Assembly: GCA_050946275.1 (NCBI GenBank) | Contig: JBMNUM010000005.1 | Span: forward strand, 34,860 to 98,859 | Direction: 5' to 3' | Length of the DNA: 64,000 nucleotides | Source of the DNA: Coriobacteriales bacterium | GTDB lineage: Bacteria > Actinomycetota > Coriobacteriia > Coriobacteriales > CADBOM01 | Shown: positions 1 through 8,022 of the stretch, in pieces | How positions within the stretch are numbered: the stretch's first letter is position 1 | How the letters are laid out: the number at the start of each line of letters is the position of its first letter | Made by a program: the position numbers and the translations under genes | The notes under the pieces: generated by a model | Database searches by the model: none | Seen by the model: the letters and a program-made list of their open reading frames with translations, nothing else | What the model was told of the DNA's origin: nothing

Positions 1-137
1 ACCCGGCGGGACCCGCCTGCCACACGGGCGCGACATCTTGTTTTTACCGTGCGCTGGGCGATAATGGGCAAGGAGCGCTTTCCGCCGAGCATGCGGAGTA
101 GCTCCCTTCAAGACCAACCATCCGGATAGAAGGCTCG

Positions 138-1013
138 ATGCGCTGCAAACGATACATCATGCCCCTGGTCGCGCTCGTCGCGGCCATGGCCTTGGCGTGC
201 ATCCTCTCTACCGGTTGCGCTTCTTCCGGTTCATCTATCTCCGATTCGACGGACATGGGTGCCGAGGTCGTCGAGGCAACCGGCGAGGAGTCTGCGTCCG
301 ATGCGCTCGCGAAGGCCGATGCCCCGAAGAGCCCCGAGGATGAGAAAGACGAGGCCGAGGACGATGCGGCAGCATCCGGCGAGGGTTTCGTCGTGTGCAT
401 CGATGCCGGTCATCAGCTAAGCGGCGATAGCTCGCAGGAGCCCATCGGACCCGGGGCGAGCGAGACGAAGGCACGCGTGACGGGAGGAACCTCGGGAGCG
501 TCTTCCGGACTCGCCGAGTACGAGGTGAACCTCGCCGTTGCGCTCAAACTCCGCGATTACCTCGAGTCCAAGGGGGTCGAGGTCGTCATGGTTCGCGAGA
601 CCAACGATGTGAACATCTCCAACTCGGAGCGGGCTGCCGTGGCAAACGATGCCGGAGCCGATCTGTTCATCCGACTGCATTGCGATGGTTCTGAGGATTC
701 GTCGCGTGCGGGCTTCTCGACGCTCATCCCGGGCTACAATGATTGGACCGGGTCGATCGTCGACGAGAGCAGGGAAGCGGGCGAGATCATCCAGCGCGTT
801 GTCCTCGAGGTGACCGGCGCGGCGGATGCCGGTGTGGTCGAGCGCACCGACCTTTCCGGGTTCAACTGGTGCGAGGTTCCCACCGTGCTGTGCGAGATGG
901 GCTTCATGTCCAACCCGGATGAGGACCTCAGGCTCGCCACCGAGGAATACCAACAGCTTCTGGCGAAGGGCATCGGCGATGGTGCCCTCGAGTATCTGGA
1001 AACGACCCGTTAG
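138..1013 (+). CDS. N-acetylmuramoyl-L-alanine amidase (Amidase_3 / MurNAc-LAA type), lipoprotein
   Basis: 291-aa ORF. N-terminal signal ends in the lipobox L-S-T-G-C. Amidase_3-like motifs CIDAGHQ, FIRLHCDG and EMGFMSNPDE. Low-complexity acidic linker after the lipobox. Confidence 0.85.
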   Translation: MRCKRYIMPLVALVAAMALACILSTGCASSGSSISDSTDMGAEVVEATGEESASDALAKADAPKSPEDEKDEAEDDAAASGEGFVVCIDAGHQLSGDSSQEPIGPGASETKARVTGGTSGASSGLAEYEVNLAVALKLRDYLESKGVEVVMVRETNDVNISNSERAAVANDAGADLFIRLHCDGSEDSSRAGFSTLIPGYNDWTGSIVDESREAGEIIQRVVLEVTGAADAGVVERTDLSGFNWCEVPTVLCEMGFMSNPDEDLRLATEEYQQLLAKGIGDGALEYLETTR

Positions 1014-1031
1014 GAATATGAAGGGGGATCC

Positions 1032-1349
1032 ATGGGTTACATCACGCAGGGCGTCGAGCCCGGCAACATCGGAGAGACGCTCGCATCGCTGACCGAGACG
1101 ATTCATGGCAGGTGGAGCGCATCCGAGCAGGCGAGCTACACCTCTAGGCTTCTCAACGGCCCTCTGGAGTATCTCCAGAAGAAGGTCGGCGAGGAGGCCG
1201 TCGAGACGATTCTGGCCGCTGGTGTCGAGGACAAGGATCACTTGCGCTACGAGATCGCCGACCTCATGTACCACCTCATGGTGCTCATGGAGCGTCGCGG
1301 GCTCACCTTCGATGACATCGCGGGGGAGCTCAACGCGAGGATGAAGTAG
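1032..1349 (+). CDS. hisE: phosphoribosyl-ATP pyrophosphohydrolase
   Basis: 105-aa MazG-like protein with the PRA-PH pattern KKVGEEAVETILAA ... YEIADLMYHLMVLMERRGLTFDDI. No other his genes are adjacent. Confidence 0.85.
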   Translation: MGYITQGVEPGNIGETLASLTETIHGRWSASEQASYTSRLLNGPLEYLQKKVGEEAVETILAAGVEDKDHLRYEIADLMYHLMVLMERRGLTFDDIAGELNARMK

Positions 1350-1353
1350 CTCC

Positions 1354-1671
1354 GTGGCGAACCACGTTGGCGATAATGGGCCGACGGATTGCCCTCCGTC
1401 CTATTCCGAGGAAGTCATCGTCGTAGCACCCGCCGAACCCGAAGGCCTCTGCGATGGTTGCACTGTGCAGCCCGGGGTCGAGATCGTGGAGGAGCCATCA
1501 CCGTCCGCCGATTCCGCTGCGGGGGAGGGCGATGCACGCGACCTCGAGGATGCCATCGATGGGGTGGAGCCGATGCCGGCCACGCAGCGCGTGGTTCTCG
1601 TGCTGGTGGCTGTCATAGCCGCTGCCGGAGTCGCGCTTCTCGTGGCCTATTGGGGTGGGTTCCTCGGCTGA
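1354..1671 (+). CDS. hypothetical small protein with C-terminal transmembrane anchor
   Basis: GTG-start ORF immediately after hisE. Acidic N-terminal part followed by one hydrophobic helix (VVLVLVAVIAAAGVALLVAYW). No recognisable family. Confidence 0.35.
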   Translation: MANHVGDNGPTDCPPSYSEEVIVVAPAEPEGLCDGCTVQPGVEIVEEPSPSADSAAGEGDARDLEDAIDGVEPMPATQRVVLVLVAVIAAAGVALLVAYWGGFLG

Positions 1672-1678
1672 TTGTCTG

Positions 1679-1707
1679 TTGACCTCGATTATTCGTCAAC
1701 GTAATAT
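1679..1707 (+). promoter_or_regulatory. candidate sigma70-type promoter for rny
   Basis: TTGACC (1679-1684), 17-nt spacer, TAATAT (1702-1707), in an AT-richer stretch about 185 nt upstream of the rny start. Confidence 0.35.
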
Positions 1708-1891
1708 CTTTTCTGTTGGTCATATCATGGCTTATCACCGCTTGCGCGGTTATATATAAATGGCTTTTGAATCGAATAGCGAATAGCTTGCCCATCATAG
1801 GTCGTGCCACGATGTGACTACACGTGTACTTGCACGGCCTTTTTCTATGGCCTGAAAACGATACGGAAACGAAGCAGAGGGGAGCGAAACG

Positions 1892-3421
1892 ATGGATATC
1901 GTACTGATCGTCGTCTTCGCGGTTATTGGCATCGTGGTGGGATTCCTCATCGCGACTGTCGTGTCCAGGGGCAAGACGGGCAAAGCCGCGGCGAATGCCG
2001 AGGAGATCGTGAGGAGCGCGCGCAACGAGGCTGACTCGATCCGCAAGGAGGCGGAGAACGAGGCCAGGGACAACGCGCGCCGCATCAAGAAGGAGATGGA
2101 CCACGAGATCGCCGACCGCAAGAAGGAGATCTCGCAGCAGGAGAACCGCCTGATCCAGCGCGAGAACTCGCTGGATCGCCGAGCTGACAACCTCGATAAG
2201 CGCGAGGTGCAGATCTCGAAGCTGCAGGAGGAGGTCGAGAACCGCGAGAAGGAGGTCGACGAGGCCAAGGCCCAGGTGACCGAGGTTCTCGAGCAGGTCG
2301 CCTCCATGTCGCGCGAGCAGGCACGCGAGGAGCTCATCCACCGCATCAAGGGCGATGTCACGAAGAAGGCGGCATCCATCATCCGCAATGCCGAGCAGCA
2401 GGCCAATCGCGAGGCCGACCACAAGGCCCGCAGCATCCTCAGCCTCGCCATCCAGCGCATCGCCGCCGACCACACGTCGGAGCGCACGATCTCGTCCGTG
2501 CCGATTCCGTCCGACGACCTCAAGGGCCGCATCATCGGCCGCGAGGGACGCAACATCCGCACGTTCGAGCAGATCACCGGCGTGAGCCTCATCATCGACG
2601 ACACCCCCGAGGTCGTCGTCATCTCGAGCTTCGACCCGGTCCGCCGCGAGATCGGTCGCATCACCCTGGAGAACCTCATCTCCGACGGCCGCATTCACCC
2701 CGCGCGCATCGAGGAGATGTTCTCCAAGGCGACGAAGCTCGTGAACCAGCAGATCCAGGAGGCTGGCGAGCAGGCGGCCTTCGAGATCGGCATCCACGAC
2801 TTCGACCCCGAGATCATCAAGACCATGGGTCGTCTGAAGTTCCGCACCTCCTATGGGCAGAACGTCCTGAACCATTCCATCGAGGTTGCCTATCTCGCCG
2901 GCATGATGGCCTCCGAGCTGGGCCTCGACCCGGTCCCGTTCAAGCGCGCCGGCCTGCTGCACGACATCGGCAAGGCGATCGACCACGAGGTCGAGGGCTC
3001 CCATGCGGTCATCGGCGCCGACCTCGCGCGCCGCTTCGGCGAGCAGCCCGATATCGTCCACGCCATCGAGGCACACCACGGCGACGTCGAGCAATCTTCC
3101 ATCCTCGACGTGCTCGTGCAGTCCGCAGACGCCATTTCCGCCGCGCGTCCCGGCGCCCGCAGCGAGTCGCTCGAGAACTACGTCAAGCGCCTCGAGAAGC
3201 TCGAGGAAATCGCCAACAGCCACGACGGCGTCGAGCGCACCTATGCCATGCAGGCTGGTCGCGAGATCCGCGTCATGGTCGAGCCCGAGAAGATCGGTGA
3301 TGCCGAGTCCACCGTGCTGGCGCACGATATCGCCAAGCAGATCGAGGAGGACATGCAGTATCCCGGCCAGATCAAGGTGCTCGTCATCCGCGAGAGCCGC
3401 GCCGTGGATTACGCGAAGTAG
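1892..3421 (+). CDS. rny: ribonuclease Y
   Basis: 509 aa. N-terminal TM helix, long charged coiled-coil region, KH domain ([15 protein letters not shown]) and HD domain ([12 protein letters not shown] ... HH). Confidence 0.95.
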   Translation: MDIVLIVVFAVIGIVVGFLIATVVSRGKTGKAAANAEEIVRSARNEADSIRKEAENEARDNARRIKKEMDHEIADRKKEISQQENRLIQRENSLDRRADNLDKREVQISKLQEEVENREKEVDEAKAQVTEVLEQVASMSREQAREELIHRIKGDVTKKAASIIRNAEQQANREADHKARSILSLAIQRIAADHTSERTISSVPIPSDDLKGRIIGREGRNIRTFEQITGVSLIIDDTPEVVVISSFDPVRREIGRITLENLISDGRIHPARIEEMFSKATKLVNQQIQEAGEQAAFEIGIHDFDPEIIKTMGRLKFRTSYGQNVLNHSIEVAYLAGMMASELGLDPVPFKRAGLLHDIGKAIDHEVEGSHAVIGADLARRFGEQPDIVHAIEAHHGDVEQSSILDVLVQSADAISAARPGARSESLENYVKRLEKLEEIANSHDGVERTYAMQAGREIRVMVEPEKIGDAESTVLAHDIAKQIEEDMQYPGQIKVLVIRESRAVDYAK

Positions 3422-3429
3422 GGTTGTTC

Positions 3430-3451
3430 CGGCCGTTCTGTCGAACGGCCG
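3430..3451 (+). terminator. stem-loop just after the rny stop
   Basis: CGGCCGTTC-tgtc-GAACGGCCG, a 9-bp stem. There is no clear U-tract, so the terminator function is uncertain. Confidence 0.4.
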
Positions 3452-3938
3452 AACCACTCGATGCTGCGAGCCCTCCTGCTGGCGCGCTAGCCGCTTACGC
3501 GCTTACGGTCACGTGCAAAAGCACGCTCCCCCGCGCGACACGGCTATCGCACTCAGCAGGAGGGCTCTCGCTGTCTCTACGAACGATTCCCGGCTCTCCT
3601 TGGTTGCGGCAAGCACGCCGCATACGCTTGAATCGAAGACCCCGCGGGCACAAGCCCAGCGGGGTCTTCGCATCTGTGCGGTTGCGCTAATCGCCGTGGA
3701 CTGGCGACTGGGTTCCCCTGGGTCGGCTAAAGCCGATCCGGCCTTCGCTGAATAAGCGCCACCGGCGCTTATTCCGGGCGCTCGGCCCCCCGCTGACTCT
3801 GCGAACGATCCCGGGCTTAGTTATTTGCCAACGACCGAACCACTCGATGCTGCACTCAGCAGCTGCGTACCCGCCGGGTCGGCTAAAGCTGACCCGACCT
3901 TCGCTGGATAAGCGCCACCGGCGCGTATCCCGTGCGCT
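3447..3938. repeat. composite dispersed repeat module present twice (long and short version)
   Basis: GMCCGAACCACTCGATGCTGC occurs at 3447-3467 and 3833-3853. CTCTRCGAACGAT(T)CCCGGSCT occurs at about 3575-3596 and 3797-3817. A ~63-nt block GGGTCGGCTAAAGCYGAYCCGRCCTTCGCTGRATAAGCGCCACCGGCGC.TAT.CC occurs at 3718-3782 and 3875-3938. Long-range inverted repeat GCGAGCCCTCCTGCTG (3466-3481) / CAGCAGGAGGGCTCTCGC (3554-3571). Confidence 0.8.
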
Positions 3939-3985
3939 TGGTTCCCGCCGTCCCTACGGGCGATTCTGGACTCTCTCGTCCTGAA

Positions 3986-4380
3986 CTGCGGGGTTGTCGA
4001 AAACCAGTCCAGCTTTGCATGGAAAATGCCCTCCCATGTCCCAAAATGCGGGGATGTCGAAAGCGAGACGTTCCGTATTTTTCGACAACCCCGCATTTTT
4101 GGACAGGATTCTTCGACAAACCCGCATTTCTGGACAGACTGGACCGGTCTGACTTCGACAACCCTGCAATTTGAGACAGGCGGGCTGTGAAAACGTGCAT
4201 GGGAACCTATTTTTTCGACAACCCCGCATTTTGGGACACCACGACATGGGCGACGGTCGCGATGGATCCGGGTTCCCGGGGCTCGCTGACCGCGTGTGGG
4301 CGAAGAATCGTGTGTTCAGGCCAGCTAGGTGGGGTTTGCTGACCGTGCTTGCGCTCCCGGCAATCAGCAAACCCGCATTT
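3986..4380. repeat. array of ~25-bp repeats TTCGACAAMCCYGCAWTT..GRGACA plus a related hairpin unit
   Basis: Reverse copies at 3986-4004 and 4041-4062. Forward copies at 4081-4105, 4112-4136, 4154-4178 and 4214-4238. Related unit GGGGTTTGCTGA-N21-TCAGCAAACCCGCATTT at 4331-4380. Confidence 0.85.
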
Positions 4381-4531
4381 AGCCAATCTAGCTCCGCTGA
4401 ACGAGCCCCATCGAGCGCGTGCCCACCGGCGCACGCCGGATGGATGCGCCAACGCCTCTTGCCGTGACGCATCGTTGAGCCATTTCGTTGTAAGCTATCC
4501 ATGTCCGATTTGCTGTTTTCATTGGAGATTC

Positions 4532-5605
4532 ATGGCCGATAGCGGTTCCATAGCCTCGCGCAACGAGTTCCTCGAGTTCATCGATGCTGCCGCCGGCAGC
4601 GGACATGTCCGCGTCGAGGAGCATCTCGGCAGCGGGTTCGTCCGCCTGCGCACCGATGAGGCGGAGCGCCGTCAGGCCAAGCACGACATCCGACGCGTCG
4701 AGGATGTCGTCATCGAATTGCTTCGCAATGCGCGCGATGCGGGAGCCACTTCGATTTTCCTCGCCTCGACGAGGGATGGTGCGCATCGGCTTCTCACCAT
4801 CATCGACAATGGCGACGGCATGCCGGAATCCATGCACGACCGCGTCTTCGAGCCGCGCGTCACGACGAAGCTCGACACGATGTCGATGGATCGCTGGGGA
4901 GTCCACGGCAGGGGCATGGCGCTGTTCTCGATTCGCGAGAACGCCGATGAGGCCCGCGTGATGGTCTCGGCACCGGGGGAGGGCGCGTCGATTCGCGTCC
5001 GCATCGACACGGAACTGATTCCCGAGCGCGCCGACCAATCGACCATACCCCGCATAGAGCGCGATTCCGACGGGAAGCCCGAGGTGACGAAGGGGCCGCG
5101 AAACATCAACAGGACCGTTGCCGAGTTCGCAGCGGACGCAGGGGGCGTGAAGGTCTATCTCGGATCGCCGTCCGAGATCGCCGCGACGCTGCTGCGCTTC
5201 GGCGAGGATGAGACGGGAACGCTGCCCATCACACCTCGGACCGGTGTCTGCGCGATGCTCACGGAATGCAGCACGGCAGCCGAGGTCGTGCATGCGTGCC
5301 ATCGCCTCGGCTTGCCGGTTTCGGAGCGCAACGCGCATCGTATCATCTCGGGTTCCGTCAAGCCGCTCAAGCCGTATCTCACGAGCATCATGGTCGGCTT
5401 GCCGCAACCGCCCACGGCGGCAGACATCTTCCGCGATAGCCGCGCGCTGCGCATCTCGGAGGACGACATGGAGCTGTTTTCGCGCAAGCTCGAGACGGCA
5501 TTCGAGGAGCTCTCGTCGAGATACTTCATCAACCTGCTCGAGGAGCCCCGCATCTCGGTTGGCAAGGATGCCATCCGCGTCACGTTCCCCATCGAGAAGG
5601 AATAA
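4532..5605 (+). CDS. GHKL-superfamily (histidine-kinase-like) ATPase domain protein, no HisKA/receiver partner visible
   Basis: N-box ELLRNARDAGA, G1 box IIDNGDGMP and G2 box GVHGRGMALFS, followed by a ~200-aa C-terminal region of no recognised family. ATG at 4532 was chosen over the 4349 ORF start because the upstream extension runs through the repeat island. Confidence 0.7.
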   Translation: MADSGSIASRNEFLEFIDAAAGSGHVRVEEHLGSGFVRLRTDEAERRQAKHDIRRVEDVVIELLRNARDAGATSIFLASTRDGAHRLLTIIDNGDGMPESMHDRVFEPRVTTKLDTMSMDRWGVHGRGMALFSIRENADEARVMVSAPGEGASIRVRIDTELIPERADQSTIPRIERDSDGKPEVTKGPRNINRTVAEFAADAGGVKVYLGSPSEIAATLLRFGEDETGTLPITPRTGVCAMLTECSTAAEVVHACHRLGLPVSERNAHRIISGSVKPLKPYLTSIMVGLPQPPTAADIFRDSRALRISEDDMELFSRKLETAFEELSSRYFINLLEEPRISVGKDAIRVTFPIEKE

Positions 5606-5608
5606 GGA

Positions 5609-5638
5609 GAAGCCTGCCGGCGCGAACCGGCAGGCTTC
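5609..5638. terminator. bidirectional stem-loop between convergent genes
   Basis: GAAGCCTGCCGG-cgcgaa-CCGGCAGGCTTC, a perfect 12-bp stem between the GHKL gene (+) and the SDR gene (-). Confidence 0.6.
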
Positions 5639-5668
5639 CAAGAATCTCTCGTATGCGGTTTCCGAGAC

Positions 5669-6568
5669 CTACTCGGCCGCTTTCTCCTTCGCTGCGGCGA
5701 TCATGGCGATGAGCTCCTTGTAGTTCGGGCTCTTCTGCTGCAGCTTCTCCATCGTCTGGAGCTGGAGCATGCCGTCGTACTCGCGATGCGTCAAGACGTA
5801 GAACTGGTCCTCCTCGATCGCCTTGAAGACGGTCTCGCCGAAGCCCTCCAGCGGATAGCCCGTCTCGATGACGAACTTGGCCGCAGCCTGGCCGGCGGCG
5901 AACTCCTCGCTCGCATAGTACGGGTCCTCGGGAGCCTTGAAGCGCTCGGGACGGTAGTCCTCGCTGTGGTCGAGGTTCGTCTGCACGTAGCCCGGGCAGA
6001 AGACGCCCATCGCGATGTCCGCGTCGATGTTCTGCAGCTCGTAGTTCAGGCTCTCGTTGAGGGCGACGGCCGCATGCTTGGTCGTGAAGTACGGAACCAT
6101 GCCGGTGAAGTTGATGACGCCGGCGACGGAGCAGGTGTTCATGATGTTGCAGTGCGTGCCCTGCTTCATCATGATCGGCACGACCTGGCGCATGAAGTAG
6201 ATCTGCGACATCAGGTTGGTCTGGATGATCCACTCCCAGTCGCGGAGCGGCAGGTTGATGCCCATGCCCGGAACGGCGACACCCGCGTTGTTCATGAGCA
6301 GGTCGATCTGGCCGAACTTCTCCATCGTCTGGTTGACGACCTTCTCGGTCTCCTCGTAGAGGCTCACGTCGGCCGGGATGCACAGGATGTCCTCGGCACC
6401 GCACTCCTTGGCGATCTCGCCGGTCTTCGCCAGCTCATCCTCGACGATATCGACCGCCACGATCTTCATTCCGCGCTGCGCCGCCTGCTTGACGAACTCG
6501 CGCCCAAAGCCATGGGCGGCACCCGTGATCAACGCGACTCTACCCTTGAAATCTTTCATGTTAACCAC
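5669..6568 (-). CDS. SDR-family oxidoreductase
   Basis: 299 aa. Cofactor motif TGAAHGFG, NNAG, and catalytic Y-x3-K (YFTTKHA). Confidence 0.85.
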   Translation of the reverse strand: MVNMKDFKGRVALITGAAHGFGREFVKQAAQRGMKIVAVDIVEDELAKTGEIAKECGAEDILCIPADVSLYEETEKVVNQTMEKFGQIDLLMNNAGVAVPGMGINLPLRDWEWIIQTNLMSQIYFMRQVVPIMMKQGTHCNIMNTCSVAGVINFTGMVPYFTTKHAAVALNESLNYELQNIDADIAMGVFCPGYVQTNLDHSEDYRPERFKAPEDPYYASEEFAAGQAAAKFVIETGYPLEGFGETVFKAIEEDQFYVLTHREYDGMLQLQTMEKLQQKSPNYKELIAMIAAAKEKAAE

Positions 6569-6741
6569 TCCAATCCATCGAGGTTATCCTTCTTCTGAGA
6601 TTAGTCCTTTGGGCAACGGGGTTCAACGAAGCTGGTTCGATTGAGCGAATAGGGGAAGATAGGGGCTTTAAACTTTAGCGTGGGTTTGCTCACGAACGCG
6701 AATCATCGCCGCGGCTTCCCCGTCGTTCGCGGCCTAATCAG

Positions 6742-6770
6742 GTGACATTTCTGAAGAAGACGGGTATTAT
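6742..6770 (+). promoter_or_regulatory. candidate promoter for spoVS
   Basis: GTGACA (6742-6747), 17-nt spacer, TATTAT (6765-6770), about 80 nt upstream of the ATG. Confidence 0.3.
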
Positions 6771-6851
6771 ACGATTTTGCACAAAGCTTGAGTAGCATTT
6801 ACCGCATTTCAAACATAGAAGCAATTGGGATTTCGAAAGCTTGGGATATCG

Positions 6852-7148
6852 ATGGAGTATTTGAAGGTTTCATCTAAGTCGTCGCCGTCTTCCGTCGCTG
6901 GTGCCATCGCCGGCATGATCAAGGACGGTGTTCCCGTGGAAATCCAATGCGTGGGTGCCGGGGCGGTCAATCAGGCGGTCAAGGCCATCGCCATATCGCG
7001 CGGCTTCCTGTCTCCCATCGGCATCGAGATCGTCTGCGCCCCCTCGTTCGCGGACATCAACATCGACGGCGAGTACCGCACCGCCATCAGGTTCTCGGTC
7101 GAGCCCAAGTACGTACGCGCGACGCACAATATCGGCGAGGGCTTCTAG
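6852..7148 (+). CDS. spoVS: SpoVS-family protein
   Basis: Typical SpoVS sequence: LKVSSKSSPSSVAGAIAGMIKDG ... VGAGAVNQAVKAIAISRGFL. The ATG at 6852 is preferred over the TTG at 6825. Confidence 0.85.
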   Translation: MEYLKVSSKSSPSSVAGAIAGMIKDGVPVEIQCVGAGAVNQAVKAIAISRGFLSPIGIEIVCAPSFADINIDGEYRTAIRFSVEPKYVRATHNIGEGF

Positions 7149-7175
7149 ACCCTCGATACACCAGCACCATAGGAT

Positions 7176-8021
7176 ATGAAGATGAATGTACTCGATGACA
7201 TCAGAATCGAGATGCATAGTCATACCGATTGCTCCGACGGGGTGGTGACACCCGAGGAGCTGGTCGGGCTGGCTGCCGCGAAGGGGCTCACGCATCTCGC
7301 GATAACCGATCATGACACGTTCGCCGCGCTCGACCGCGCCCGTGCCGTCCTTCCGTCCGGCATGCGCCTGATTCCCGGCGTCGAGATATCCGCGGCGGCG
7401 GGGGAGCGCGACGTGCACGTCCTCGGGTATTTCCTCGACGAGCACAACGCCGCGCTGAACGCCGAGATCGCGCGCTGCAGCAGGTCGCGCGACGAACGGT
7501 CCGCGAAGATGGCAGACAATCTCGCGGCGGACGGCTACCATGTGAGCGCTGCCATCCTCGCCGAACGCGGTCTCACGCCTAATCGCAGCAACATCGCGCG
7601 ACTTCTCGTCGAGGCGGGTGACCTCGAGAACACCGACGTCGCATTCGCGACGGTGCTCAACCGCAAGAGCAAGTACTACGTCCCCCGTCGCGACGTCGAG
7701 GTGCATCTGGCCGTCCGCCTGATCAAGGATGCGGGTGGAATAGCGGTCGTCGCACATCCCAGGCACTACCATGTGGTCGATGTCATCGACGAGCTCATTC
7801 CCGATGGACTCGACGGCGTGGAATGCTTCCATAGCGAGCAGACCGTCGAGGACGAGGAGTTCCTCGTCCCGTTCGCACGCGAGCGCGGGCTACTCGTGAC
7901 CGGCGGCTCCGATTTCCACGGTGATTCGGTCCATCCCTCCGTGCTCGCGGGGAACATGCCGTCGCAGGAGGATATCAGGGTGTTTCTGGATGCGGGCCGT
8001 GCCCGCGGATTCGAGGTGTAG
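7176..8021 (+). CDS. PHP-domain metal-dependent phosphoesterase (TrpH/YciV-like)
   Basis: HSHTDCSDG, ITDHDT, VVAHP and GGSDFHG motifs of the PHP fold. Confidence 0.8.
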   Translation: MKMNVLDDIRIEMHSHTDCSDGVVTPEELVGLAAAKGLTHLAITDHDTFAALDRARAVLPSGMRLIPGVEISAAAGERDVHVLGYFLDEHNAALNAEIARCSRSRDERSAKMADNLAADGYHVSAAILAERGLTPNRSNIARLLVEAGDLENTDVAFATVLNRKSKYYVPRRDVEVHLAVRLIKDAGGIAVVAHPRHYHVVDVIDELIPDGLDGVECFHSEQTVEDEEFLVPFARERGLLVTGGSDFHGDSVHPSVLAGNMPSQEDIRVFLDAGRARGFEV

Positions 8022-8022
8022 C

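Noticed and set aside
1-137. Possible riboswitch or leader (for example cyclic-di-AMP/ydaO type) upstream of the cell-wall amidase
   Set aside because: The window starts inside this region and only 137 nt are visible. No conserved motif could be recognised with confidence.
1613-3457. Long antisense or alternative-frame ORFs: 1613..3457 (-), the upstream part of 8199..10367 (+), 10203..12512 (-), 21108..22502 (+), 23671..25377 (+), 25417..27006 (+), 27150..29714 (+), 30168..32072 (+), 36501..38261 (+), 40945..42501 (-), 50512..52302 (-), 55716..57332 (+), 58279..59664 (+), 61231..62559 (+)
   Set aside because: Each lies opposite or out of frame to a gene with clear family motifs (rny, miaB, ARH, MFS, leuS, guaB, hom/lysA, argS and others). 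Their translations are Arg/Ala/Gly/Asp/His-rich low-complexity strings, typical of stop-codon-poor GC-rich DNA.
3821-4502. ORFs across the repeat island (3821..4096 -, 3883..4200 -, 3932..4174 +, 3954..4502 -, 4171..4467 +)
   Set aside because: They are driven by the 25-bp repeats, with recurring NAGLSKN and MRGCRK peptides in several frames. They overlap one another on both strands and lack RBS or family signatures.
6620-6650. tRNA-like GGTTCGA T-arm strings (about 6630 and about 43728)
   Set aside because: No matching acceptor, D or anticodon stems surround them. The second lies at the end of the idi coding sequence.
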